From assembly GCA_041653495.1 (NCBI GenBank), contig JBAZFF010000002.1:18281-50280 (forward strand): a stretch of 32,000 nucleotides of DNA, in the 5' to 3' direction. The stretch comes from Minisyncoccota bacterium (GTDB lineage: Bacteria > Patescibacteriota > Minisyncoccia > Minisyncoccales > RBG-13-42-11). The notes under the pieces were generated by a model that saw nothing but the letters and a program-made list of their open reading frames with translations, made no database searches and was not told the DNA's origin. The translations under genes and the position numbers were made by a program. Of this stretch, positions 1 to 8,678 are shown piece by piece (within the stretch, counting starts at the first letter, position 1; every line of letters starts with the position of its first letter).

Positions 1-1355
1 CCGTTGTCAGGATATAGTTCAATATATCCTAGACATCCCATATCTTCGCTTTCGTCTTCATGTTCCACATACAGTTCAGGACGCGCAATAAAAGTTATAG
101 ATCGATTTTCTTCAATAGTTGTTATATTTTGGCACCCCTCCTCCTCGCTGTAATCTCCCGTTCCTTGAATTAAAACGGAGTCGCAAGAAGTTCCGGATAA
201 TTTCTCAAAATCTGTAGTGCAGAACCCTTTATAACAAACTTCTCCTTCTCTGCATTTGGAATCATCCGTGCCGCAAGATCCCAAATTTGAACTAGAAACG
301 CTTTCGTTTATCGCATAAAAAGTGGTTAAATCTGGATTAATAGTGTTTAAGACTAGCCAAGAAGATAACAACACTACTAATCCTATAAAGGCTGACCTGA
401 TTCTTTCCATCGCATTCTTCATAGAAACCGGATCTCCAAAAGAACTTATATATTGGATGCCCGCAACGATCAAAGATACAAAGACAGCAAGGCCCCCTAA
501 GCTTATCCCCCATTCATAGATATATTGTATAAGTTCTGGGAGAGAACTGTCATCTTCTAGGGAAGTCCCTCCGGGAGAATCGGGCCACTCTAACAGCAGA
601 TCTGCTTTGCTATAAACATTAACCTCAGAAGGGTCTGGGGGCGGTTCTCCGGATAAAAGGATGCTTACGGGGCTGCTCGCTCCGATTTTATTTAGGACAG
701 AAACATCAACAAGTCCTTCTTCAAGGGAGAGATCTTCTGGACAAATAACTAAGACTTCAGTGCATTCGTCGTTAGAAAGATAACTTTTATTTATGGTTTC
801 CGTTTTCCCTTCTTGGCTTAGAATAACAATAACCCCCAAGTCAAAAACTTTTTGGTAACAAAGATTTTCCCCTGTTATAGTAAAGGTCCTTCCTCTGGAA
901 ATAGTGCTCGGTTCTATGTTTGTTATATCGGGAGCCCCCTCTTCATCAGACGGGGGGGGAGAGCCCGATCCCACCGTAAAAGAGAAGGTTTCTTTCTGGG
1001 AAAGTATAGCCATATTAAAGGGCACTGCCGTTACTTCTCCCAGATAAACACCTTCTTCTGTCGGGGTGACCGTAACATCTTTAGAACAAGTTATAATGTC
1101 GGGAGAACAGAATAATTTATCGTTAGAGTAAAAAACATCGGAGCCGACTCTGATTGTGATTATTAGTCTATTTATCGTTATATCCTCTCCGTTTTCATCT
1201 TGTCCGAGGTTTGCAGTCGCAGAGATCTCCACGGGTTGATTCAGCGAAGCATTGGAGGGAACATCAATCTCTATGGACGCGAGAGCTTCCTCATAAAGAA
1301 AGCACCCGATTATAACAGAGAGAGATAAGAACAGAAACTTTAACTTATTCACCAT
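1..1355 (-). CDS. Secreted/membrane protein with IPT/TIG-like region and T4SS_pilin-like transmembrane pair (3' end runs off window)
   Basis: Frame open from ATG (complement of 1353-1355) to the window edge; missing from the supplied ORF track because no stop is reached. N-term MVNKLKFLFLSLSVIIGCFLYEEALAS (signal-like); middle APDITNIEPSTISRGRTFTITGENL resembles an IPT/TIG domain; then GISLGGLAVFVSLIVAGIQYISSFGDPVSMKNAMERIRSAFIGLVVLLSSWLVLNTINPDL, typical of the T4SS_pilin-like membrane domain common in CPR bacteria. Confidence 0.75.
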   Translation of the reverse strand, partial: MVNKLKFLFLSLSVIIGCFLYEEALASIEIDVPSNASLNQPVEISATANLGQDENGEDITINRLIITIRVGSDVFYSNDKLFCSPDIITCSKDVTVTPTEEGVYLGEVTAVPFNMAILSQKETFSFTVGSGSPPPSDEEGAPDITNIEPSTISRGRTFTITGENLCYQKVFDLGVIVILSQEGKTETINKSYLSNDECTEVLVICPEDLSLEEGLVDVSVLNKIGASSPVSILLSGEPPPDPSEVNVYSKADLLLEWPDSPGGTSLEDDSSLPELIQYIYEWGISLGGLAVFVSLIVAGIQYISSFGDPVSMKNAMERIRSAFIGLVVLLSSWLVLNTINPDLTTFYAINESVSSSNLGSCGTDDSKCREGEVCYKGFCTTDFEKLSGTSCDSVLIQGTGDYSEEEGCQNITTIEENRSITFIARPELYVEHEDESEDMGCLGYIELYPDN

Positions 1356-1440
1356 AATAATTATTATAATATTATAGCATTTTGAAATTATTATAGTATA
1401 CCACAATAGGCAAATAGAAAAAAGAAATACTATCTAAAAT

Positions 1441-1475
1441 GCAAAGGGCCTTTCTTTTATGAAAAGCCCTTTTGC
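1441..1475 (-). terminator. Probable intrinsic terminator downstream of the 149 aa lipoprotein gene
   Basis: gcaaagggc...gccctttttgc-type inverted repeat (one bulge), T-rich on the minus-strand exit side. Confidence 0.5.
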
Positions 1476-1479
1476 AGCA

Positions 1480-1929
1480 TTAATCGAAGATTTTTACCAC
1501 CTTAGCGTCTCCTAATTCAGTCGTGTCTCCTGAATACTCGAAGTCAGACAGAATGAATCTTGAATCCCGTATCTTTACCTGGAGGGAGACTTTTTGCCCC
1601 GCCTTCAGGTTCTTAACACCTCCGAATTTCCCCAGTTCTTTGGAATAGGAGGTCTCAGACCAGAAAGAGAGGAACTTTCTATCAGACTCCAGTTTGATGC
1701 GGTAGCTTAGACCTTCGGCCATAGATGGCCTGTCTAACTTGTTGGAGATTACTGTGCCAGTGACCACCACCACGTCTCCGCTTTCATATCTTTCCTCCAT
1801 CAAAAAGGTCCTGAATTGAGCCACGTCGACATTATAAATATCGACATTAGCTCCAGCTGCCTTCCCGCAGGAAGCGGCGGCGAAGATCATCAATATTAAT
1901 GCTGCAATTGTCGCAACTTTTTTAAACAT
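1480..1929 (-). CDS. Predicted lipoprotein, 149 aa, possible OB-fold (tRNA_anti-like)
   Basis: Signal plus lipobox-like MFKKVATIAALILMIFAAASCGK; VVVVTGTVISNKL...VSLQVKIRDSRFILSDFE pattern of OB-like lipoproteins. Confidence 0.55.
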   Translation of the reverse strand: MFKKVATIAALILMIFAAASCGKAAGANVDIYNVDVAQFRTFLMEERYESGDVVVVTGTVISNKLDRPSMAEGLSYRIKLESDRKFLSFWSETSYSKELGKFGGVKNLKAGQKVSLQVKIRDSRFILSDFEYSGDTTELGDAKVVKIFD

Positions 1930-1987
1930 TTTTCCCTCCTTTGAGAAAAACTTTCTGGCTCAAATATACCACCTTTTTATCGTTTTG

Positions 1988-2635
1988 TCAATAGTCTTGG
2001 AAAATGATTGAATTGAAGATTTCTTCTATCTCTTGGGTATAAAGACCGCCATCTTTCGTTGGAACGGAGAATGTCACCATATAAGTTTTATCTTTGCCGA
2101 ACAGAACTTCGGATTTACTGTAAGACGTTGCGACTTCGGGATATTCCGAAGTTGTCTCTAAAACCGCGTAGCTTTCATCAGAACTCACGATATTCGTAAT
2201 TGCTTCCCCGTTGTTTTCTAAAGCCTCTTTTTCTATTTTTACTAAGATTGATTCCAAGGTTTCCTTGTTGCTGAACTTGAGAACTATCAAGAAAGCCACT
2301 CCTTGGGATTGTATATCCAACCGTTGGGCGAGCAAAAGGACTTCAGAATCAGGAAAAGATATGCCAGCTTCTTTCGCGGAAGATTCTGCTATCTGAGTTA
2401 TATCCATCCAATTGTTAGAATATTGCAATTTTATTTTTCCGTCAGGAGAACTCCATTCTAATGCCCCTTCTTTCTCCTGGAGTATATAGCCGTCAAAGCC
2501 TGAACTTACTTCAATTTCTGGAAGACTAATCATATTTAGGGAAGCCTTTGACATATCGCTGAATCTCCAATAACAAATAACAGAGAGGGAGGCGATTAAG
2601 AACAATAATATAATAATGTAGTATTTGTTAGGCAT
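1988..2635 (-). CDS. Membrane-anchored protein of unknown function (start probably at MPNKYYIII rather than the upstream MVEILN)
   Basis: Single N-terminal TM (YYIIILLFLIASLSVICYW). The ORF track extends to 2653, but starting at the internal Met removes the overlap with the upstream gene. Confidence 0.6.
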   Translation of the reverse strand: MPNKYYIIILLFLIASLSVICYWRFSDMSKASLNMISLPEIEVSSGFDGYILQEKEGALEWSSPDGKIKLQYSNNWMDITQIAESSAKEAGISFPDSEVLLLAQRLDIQSQGVAFLIVLKFSNKETLESILVKIEKEALENNGEAITNIVSSDESYAVLETTSEYPEVATSYSKSEVLFGKDKTYMVTFSVPTKDGGLYTQEIEEIFNSIIFQDY

Positions 2636-2637
2636 GT

Positions 2638-5118
2638 TCAGAATTTCCACCACTCGCCGAATACGCCTATGTCGAATCCGATGAGCATTAAAAATAAGTT
2701 TAAAATAGTCCAGGAAAGGAATAATATTCCGTATCCTATTCCAGCCGATCTCCAGACAGCCTTCATTTTAGCCAAGAACAAAGGCTCTTGGAATCTGATT
2801 GAAAAGAAGAACATTAGCCCGGTTCCCAGAACCAGAATACCTAACATTAGGGGAGCGAATTGCCATAAGATGAAGTCTATAATGTTTCTGATCAAAAGGA
2901 ATATATGTTTGAATTGGCAGGCATCCCTCTCGTCCCAGCTGGTGTCTATATTGTCCTGCGTTCTGCCGCAGGGCACCAGGCCGCTTTCTCTCTCCGGATT
3001 TTCCCCCATTATTAAAGAGAATTTATAAGTATCACTCCAATCCCCAGCTTCTTGGCAATTTTCATCTATACAGGCCCTTACTTTCCATTCATAATCTCCC
3101 AGACACTTCAAGTTTAATAGAGTGCTGCCATCTTGGTCTGTTATAGTCTCGGGGATAATAGCTTTTGGATAACATTCCTCATTCTCCTCTTCCGCAGATG
3201 GGTTTACATAAGAAACTTGATATTGATAATAATCTCCTCCCCGCACCTTGCTCCAACGCACGACATGAGTTCTTTGTTCTGTATATATTTTTCCTTCGTT
3301 CTCAGGATATGTGTTTCTGGGCCCAGACATTCTTAAGGTAGTTAATGGCTTGGAACCGCTATATTCCCCGCAAATATTTCCTTCTTCGTCTGCGCAGGTT
3401 CTTACCCTCCAAGAATAACTTAATTCCTGTTTTAAGTCAGGATAACCTAAAGCGGCAGATGTTCCTTTTGTTTTTATTTCTTTATCTAATCCTTGCCCGA
3501 AAACGTGCAGAATATAGGATTTGGCTCCTCCTACTTCCTGCCAAGAGAATGTAACAGGGATGCTTTCATCCCCCAAGAAAGAATTAAGCTCAGGGGCCTT
3601 TCCAGTTGTTCTAAAACGCCAGGGTCCGCCCCATGATCCCTCGCACTCTTTTGTCTCATAGTCTGAACATGCCTGAATAGACCATTCATATACAGTGTTT
3701 AGGGAGAGTTGCGGATAATCCAGAGAAATATTCAAATTATTTGTCGTCCCAGAAGTTAGGCCAGTGACTTTGTATTTAAAAGAATTGGATCCCGGGCTTG
3801 ACCAGCCTAAAGATACGGGAAGCCCTACAGGAACGATGGTGTCATCTGGAGGAGATGACAGTACGGTCCCAAGATCCCAAGAGCCAGTATTGAATCTCCA
3901 TAAGGGGCTGTATTCGGTACAGTCATGGCCATCCTTGTCTATGCAGGCTGCCACTTTCCAAGCATAGACAGTGTTTTTGGTAAAGAAATACCCATTATCC
4001 ACCAATTCGTTCGGAGGCAATCCCTCCCTCGGTACCGGAATTTGAGGAGCCGTTAACAGTTTTGGCTGGCACTCTCCGAATTTGTAGAGTTGATCATGGC
4101 ATTCATCTGTTTCGGAATAATAAACCAAGACTTTGAATGAAAGGGGTTTGTAATAAGTTTTCCCGTCAAAGTACTTTTCCTGGTAATATTCAGTATCTTC
4201 CATCTCACACCATTTTAAGCTGGAAATTTCTTCCTGAGTCGGATGTCCTGCCTCATCCCCGCCCCAGTCAGGATCAAAAGGGGAATAGAGCTCTGGAGAG
4301 TAGCTGGTCGTCATGTTTTGTAGTTCGCTCCATTCTCCGCAGTCCACTCCGTCGGCATCAAGACATCCTTTAACTTTCCATTGATGTTCTTTTCCGGTTT
4401 CCAATTCACACTGAAGTTTATAGGCAGAATCTGTGATTTCCTGAAGCTGATTTCCTGAAACTATTTTGGTAGTGCCACTGGCGTTGTCGCTGGTGGTTGT
4501 GGCAATATAGAATTGATAAGAACCTACGGTGCAGTAATTTTCCGGTTCGGAAACTATTTCTGTAAGGTCATCCCATCCGAAATTGACGGGAAGCTTGTAG
4601 CCCGTTTCATCTAGTTGGTTCTTGGGCTCAAGAGACGGGTCATCCAGGGGATTGGGGATTGGTGCGGGATAGCACATCCCCCGACATTCAGTTATCGGGA
4701 CATCTTTATTCCAATTGTTGTATTGAGTGGGGCAGATATGGTAATCTGGCACCTCTCCATCATACGGTTCAATCGAGTCGGGGTCGTACGGGCCTGAAAC
4801 ATGATAGGTGTTGGAGTAGTCACGGCTGTAACATTCATTAGAACAAGCCCAGGAATGTGTCACGCACATGAAAAACTTTTGTCCCTGCTCTATGGCTCCG
4901 CCTTCGTTTCCGCAAGAGTTATTGGTACAGCGATAGACATCGAATTCATCGCATCGGTATGGGTCTGAATAACTATGCGAGCATGTCCATGGTCCAGGTT
5001 CGCACTTTTCCGTTGCGGCAGAAACTTGGCCAGAGTTCCAATCAAAAACAATAGCTGACAAAACAATAAAAACTGTTAAGAGAAGAATTGTTTTCTTAGT
5101 AAATTTTATTTTAAACAT
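2638..5118 (-). CDS. Large secreted Cys-rich protein with about five Fn3-like repeats and C-terminal T4SS_pilin-like TM segments
   Basis: Signal-like N-terminus; repeated blocks Y.W.V.aC.D..g..C..yS...F.T; C-term NIIDFILWQFAPLMLGILVLGTGLMFFF...AGIGYGILFLSWTILNLFLMLIGF. Confidence 0.7.
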   Translation of the reverse strand: MFKIKFTKKTILLLTVFIVLSAIVFDWNSGQVSAATEKCEPGPWTCSHSYSDPYRCDEFDVYRCTNNSCGNEGGAIEQGQKFFMCVTHSWACSNECYSRDYSNTYHVSGPYDPDSIEPYDGEVPDYHICPTQYNNWNKDVPITECRGMCYPAPIPNPLDDPSLEPKNQLDETGYKLPVNFGWDDLTEIVSEPENYCTVGSYQFYIATTTSDNASGTTKIVSGNQLQEITDSAYKLQCELETGKEHQWKVKGCLDADGVDCGEWSELQNMTTSYSPELYSPFDPDWGGDEAGHPTQEEISSLKWCEMEDTEYYQEKYFDGKTYYKPLSFKVLVYYSETDECHDQLYKFGECQPKLLTAPQIPVPREGLPPNELVDNGYFFTKNTVYAWKVAACIDKDGHDCTEYSPLWRFNTGSWDLGTVLSSPPDDTIVPVGLPVSLGWSSPGSNSFKYKVTGLTSGTTNNLNISLDYPQLSLNTVYEWSIQACSDYETKECEGSWGGPWRFRTTGKAPELNSFLGDESIPVTFSWQEVGGAKSYILHVFGQGLDKEIKTKGTSAALGYPDLKQELSYSWRVRTCADEEGNICGEYSGSKPLTTLRMSGPRNTYPENEGKIYTEQRTHVVRWSKVRGGDYYQYQVSYVNPSAEEENEECYPKAIIPETITDQDGSTLLNLKCLGDYEWKVRACIDENCQEAGDWSDTYKFSLIMGENPERESGLVPCGRTQDNIDTSWDERDACQFKHIFLLIRNIIDFILWQFAPLMLGILVLGTGLMFFFSIRFQEPLFLAKMKAVWRSAGIGYGILFLSWTILNLFLMLIGFDIGVFGEWWKF

Positions 5119-5187
5119 TGTGATGTCTAATCTCGATCAAATTATTGATTCATTCTATCTTGTCAGAGATTCTTTTACAATAATTCT

Positions 5188-5988
5188 TTAATGCGTATGT
5201 CTGGATAGCTTCAGCCAATCTTCGACGGCCAAGGTTTCCGCCCGCTGGTTCGGCTGGATATTATTCTCCAACAGCCATTCCGCCGCTTCTTTCTTTTCTA
5301 TTTTTAATTTTTTAGAAAGATTGTTCGCTAATTGTTTTCTCGGCTGGGAGAATCCAGCCTTCACAATCGAAAAGAAATCGTCGGGAATTACAGTGGCTTT
5401 CGGAGTTATTCTGATGATTGCAGAGTCTATTTTGGGCCTCGGCCAGAAGGAGTCCTTCTTAATATAAGAAATTATCTTGGCTTGGGCGTACGCCTGGACG
5501 GAAACGGCCAAAAGGCTCATTCTGGGAGGTCTTGCGCAGATCCTTTGGGCCACTTCTTTCTGGATTATAAAGATTATCTCTTTGGGCTGGTTTTCGGCTT
5601 CCAGAAACTTTCTTATAACAGGAGCGGTGAGATAAAAGGGGATATTCCCGGCCAAGATGTAATCCTTGTCTTTAAAAATCCATTTTAAGATGTCGGCGTT
5701 AACAATTTCCAGATTTTCCGAGTTTCCATGCTTCTGTTCCAAAATCCTGGCCATTTTGGGGTCTTTTTCCACGGCTATCACCTTTTTGGCCGACTTCAGC
5801 AGTTCTCCGGTTAAAACCCCCGGCCCGGGGCCTACTTCCACGACGGTGTCGGTTTTTCGGGCCCCTACGGCTGAAACCATGCTTCTTACGGCCGCTTGGT
5901 CAACTAAAAAGTTCTGCCCCAGGCCTTTGGACGGCAGAATTCCTTGGTTTTTAAGCAGAGACTTTAGTTCTTCCTTCAAATAAGACAT
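5188..5988 (-). CDS. rsmA: 16S rRNA (adenine(1518)-N6/adenine(1519)-N6) dimethyltransferase
   Basis: LGQNFLVDQAAVRSMV..., VVEVGPGPGVLTGELLK, VIAVEKDP, LAGNIPFYLTAPVIRKFLE, FWPRPKIDSAIIRI: canonical RsmA/KsgA motifs. Confidence 0.95.
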   Translation of the reverse strand: MSYLKEELKSLLKNQGILPSKGLGQNFLVDQAAVRSMVSAVGARKTDTVVEVGPGPGVLTGELLKSAKKVIAVEKDPKMARILEQKHGNSENLEIVNADILKWIFKDKDYILAGNIPFYLTAPVIRKFLEAENQPKEIIFIIQKEVAQRICARPPRMSLLAVSVQAYAQAKIISYIKKDSFWPRPKIDSAIIRITPKATVIPDDFFSIVKAGFSQPRKQLANNLSKKLKIEKKEAAEWLLENNIQPNQRAETLAVEDWLKLSRHTH

Positions 5989-5995
5989 GTTTTAC

Positions 5996-6029
5996 CTATT
6001 TTAGCACGAAAGAGAGGGTGTTAAAATAG
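5996..6029. promoter_or_regulatory. Inverted repeat between divergent rsmA and the LysM-M23 gene, operator candidate
   Basis: CTATTTTAGCAC (5996-6007) versus GTGTTAAAATAG (6018-6029): 12-bp arms, one mismatch, 10-nt spacer. Confidence 0.5.
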
Positions 6030-6033
6030 GGTA

Positions 6034-6061
6034 TTGACTGGGTTTTTGCCTAGGGTATAAT
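6034..6061 (+). promoter_or_regulatory. Sigma70-like promoter for the LysM-M23 gene
   Basis: TTGACT - 16 nt - TATAAT; ATG at 6075, 13 nt after the -10. Confidence 0.8.
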
Positions 6062-6074
6062 CAAAACAGTTATT

Positions 6075-7205
6075 ATGGAAAGCTACTTGCAACCCTTTTT
6101 GGGCTTAAAGAAGAAATTCCAGAGAAATAAGAAGAAGATAAGAGGGTCCCTAAAAGATCCCTTTATTTGTTTAGGGGCCGTTTCCGCAGTTTTGCTTGTT
6201 TTTGTGTCCCTAGCCTCGGGTCCGCTATCAGATTCCCTGTACAATAAAGGGGATTTTTCTTTAGCTTCCCTGGCAAATGCAGTAGGAGACGCTACAGAGG
6301 AGAGTCCTTTTGCCGGGATTTTACTTAAGAATTCCTACCCTGACACTCCGGAATACCTGTTTATAGAGGAAAGTAGCCTTAAGGCGTCTGTTTCGCCCGC
6401 TTCCTTCTCCCCTCAGATACTCGGAGCCCTGATAGAGGGGTACGATTACGACGAGACCCAGCAGATGATCACGGAATATACGGTTGGAGAGGGGGATACC
6501 CTGTCTTCCATATCTTCCAAGTTCGGCATTTCTTTAAACACCCTTTTGTGGGCAAATTCCTTGGACAGCAGGTCTACGATACAGCCGGGCCAGAAGCTGG
6601 TCATTTTGCCGGTATCGGGCATATTGCACTACGTAAAGGCGGGAGATACGGTTTCGGAGGTTGCCAAGAAATACAAGGGGAAAGCGGACGAAATAATGGC
6701 TTTTAACAATATTTCAGCAGGAGGAAGCATATATGTAGGGGATATATTGATAATTCCAAACGGAACTAAACCCGTTTCTTCTTACGCCTCAGCCCCGGCA
6801 AGCACGATTCTGGCAGGAAGTTATTTTATTTGTCCGGTAGCCGGAGGATGCAAGATGACCCAGGGGCTTCATTTCTATAACGCCGTAGACTTTAGCAACG
6901 GGAAATGCGGCGAAGTAATATACGCAGCCGCATCAGGAGAGGTCTTGAAAGTGAACTTGACCAATTCCACTTCCAGGTACGCCTTGAACGGATACGGAAA
7001 CCACATTACAATATTGCATTCCAACGGAGTTGTGACCTATTACGGGCACGTTTCAGCATCCTTGGTTAGCGCCGGAGATACGGTTTCCCAAGGCCAGGCC
7101 ATAGCCCTAATGGGAGGAAAGCCGGGTACGGCGGGAGCAGGCAACTCTACAGGATGCCATTTGCATTTCGGAGTATCGGGAGCTAAGAACACCTTCGCTT
7201 ACTAG
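6075..7205 (+). CDS. Two-LysM, M23-family peptidase (cell-wall hydrolase), N-terminal TM
   Basis: EYTVGEGDTLSSISSKFGISLNTLLWANSL...PGQKLVILP and HYVKAGDTVSEVAKKYKG...GDILIIPNG (LysM); GYGNHITILHSNGVVTYYGHVS...GCHLHFGVSG (M23). Confidence 0.9.
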   Translation: MESYLQPFLGLKKKFQRNKKKIRGSLKDPFICLGAVSAVLLVFVSLASGPLSDSLYNKGDFSLASLANAVGDATEESPFAGILLKNSYPDTPEYLFIEESSLKASVSPASFSPQILGALIEGYDYDETQQMITEYTVGEGDTLSSISSKFGISLNTLLWANSLDSRSTIQPGQKLVILPVSGILHYVKAGDTVSEVAKKYKGKADEIMAFNNISAGGSIYVGDILIIPNGTKPVSSYASAPASTILAGSYFICPVAGGCKMTQGLHFYNAVDFSNGKCGEVIYAAASGEVLKVNLTNSTSRYALNGYGNHITILHSNGVVTYYGHVSASLVSAGDTVSQGQAIALMGGKPGTAGAGNSTGCHLHFGVSGAKNTFAY

Positions 7206-7305
7206 AAGTACTGCAAAGAACAAAAGCCGCTTATTGGGCGGATTTTTTATTTTAGGACTTAAAAAAGGGAAAGATGTTCTAAGAGTTGTATACTGTTTCT
7301 CAGCT

Positions 7306-7338
7306 AAAAAGCCTTCAAGGCGAAGGCTCTTTTATTTT
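7306..7338. terminator. Bidirectional intrinsic terminator between convergent genes
   Basis: aaaaagcctt-caaggcg-aaggctcttttatttt: A-run/stem/T-run readable on both strands. Confidence 0.8.
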
Positions 7339-7717
7339 AAGATTGTTTCCTTTCGCACTTCATACAAAATCTTGCGGCAGGGAATACTTTTAAACGGTCT
7401 TCTGGAATGTCAGCCTTGCAGTTCTCGCATTTCCCGTAGGTTCCTTTTTCAATCTTCTCTAAAGCGTTGTTTATGTCCTTAAGCCTATTTTCCAGGCTGT
7501 GTTCCACAGGAAGCATGTTTCCGTATTCCTGGACCTGGTCGGCTCCCTTTTCCAGGGCGTCGCTCCCAGTCTCCCCGGTTCCCAGGTTGGGGAACTTGGT
7601 GTCCCAGTCTCCTTCCAGATTCTGGTCTTTTTCGGCAAAAGTCTTTAAATTGTTTTCTATTTCCGTCTTTTCGGATTCGAGTTTTGCTTTAAGCTCTCCC
7701 TGGAGTTTTTTGTCCAT
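7337..7717 (-). CDS. DksA/TraR-family zinc-finger protein
   Basis: Coiled-coil N-terminal half then LEKIEKGTYGKCENCKADIPEDRLKVFPAARFCMKCERKQ (C4 zinc finger of the DksA/TraR family). Confidence 0.85.
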   Translation of the reverse strand: MDKKLQGELKAKLESEKTEIENNLKTFAEKDQNLEGDWDTKFPNLGTGETGSDALEKGADQVQEYGNMLPVEHSLENRLKDINNALEKIEKGTYGKCENCKADIPEDRLKVFPAARFCMKCERKQS

Positions 7718-7719
7718 GT

Positions 7720-8670
7720 TTATTGGTTTAATGAATTAATAAATGCTTCTTTATCGAAATTCCAGGTGACCGATCCCGAGAGGGAGATTTCCTGGCGCGT
7801 AAAGATGTTTTCGATTGGAATCTGGTACTTCTCTATTAAAGATGAAACTAGGAGTTTGAGCTGTTGGAACTGCAATTCGTTCGGAGATTCATTCTCATTA
7901 TAAATCATAGCTATCCCCAAAGAATAGAGGTTCATTTCTCTTTTCCTTGTTCCGTCCGGCATTTGGGAATTCCCTGAATGGTAGGCAATGGCTTCGTCCT
8001 GGGCCAGTTGGAATATTTCGCCAGTCCTGGAAATTATATAATGGGGAACCGCCCCGTTCTTTTTAAAAGTAGCCAGGATGCTTTCTACATTATAATAGTC
8101 TTCCTCCACGTCGTTATACACCGAGAAGATGACAATGGTGTCTATCGTTCTCGGTTCATCCGGAATTTCATACCCCCAATCTGCCGGGTTCTGGACGATA
8201 ACCAATTCCGGTTCGCTTTCTGGGATTTCTTCCTGGATGACTTCTTCCTGCTCTACTATTTCGGGCGGTTCCTCGGTCAGTCTTATTCCAAAAAACCAGT
8301 AAATGAATCCTGCGGCTAAAATCAGGACAAGCACGGCAATCATTCTCACAGCTATTTTCTGGAAAGAAGAAGGCTTCTTAAAATCCTTGGGAGTCAGCGT
8401 CTCATTCTTTAATGCTTCTTTTACTCTCTTTTCCTCCCTTTCTTCTATCTTTTTGTCTTCTTTCGGCCCAGAGCTTAATTTCAAGAGCCTTTCCTTTTCT
8501 TTCAGCGCTTCTTTCTCCCTTGCCCTTGAAAGATCTTTCGCCATTGTCACCACTTCCTCCCTGGACAGGAGTTCCTTTTTTTCTTCCACGGGAGCGGGCG
8601 GGGGAGTAGGCCTTTCCGGATAAACCTTTGGAACTTCCGGATTTTGATTTATATTTTCGTTTCCCTCCAT
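7720..8670 (-). CDS. Membrane-anchored amidase_2/PGRP-like protein, apparently lacking canonical zinc ligands
   Basis: Charged N-terminus, one TM (MIAVLVLILAAGFIYWFF), then TIVIFSVYND...GAVPHYIISRTGEIFQLAQDEAIAYHSGNS...NLYSLGIAMIYNE: the amidase_2 pattern. Confidence 0.65.
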   Translation of the reverse strand: MEGNENINQNPEVPKVYPERPTPPPAPVEEKKELLSREEVVTMAKDLSRAREKEALKEKERLLKLSSGPKEDKKIEEREEKRVKEALKNETLTPKDFKKPSSFQKIAVRMIAVLVLILAAGFIYWFFGIRLTEEPPEIVEQEEVIQEEIPESEPELVIVQNPADWGYEIPDEPRTIDTIVIFSVYNDVEEDYYNVESILATFKKNGAVPHYIISRTGEIFQLAQDEAIAYHSGNSQMPDGTRKREMNLYSLGIAMIYNENESPNELQFQQLKLLVSSLIEKYQIPIENIFTRQEISLSGSVTWNFDKEAFINSLNQ

Positions 8671-8678
8671 AATTTAAT

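Noticed and set aside
7720-7739. Possible overlap between the dksA-like gene and the amidase gene
   Set aside because: The stop at 7720 and the start at 7717 are separate; this is ordinary operon spacing.
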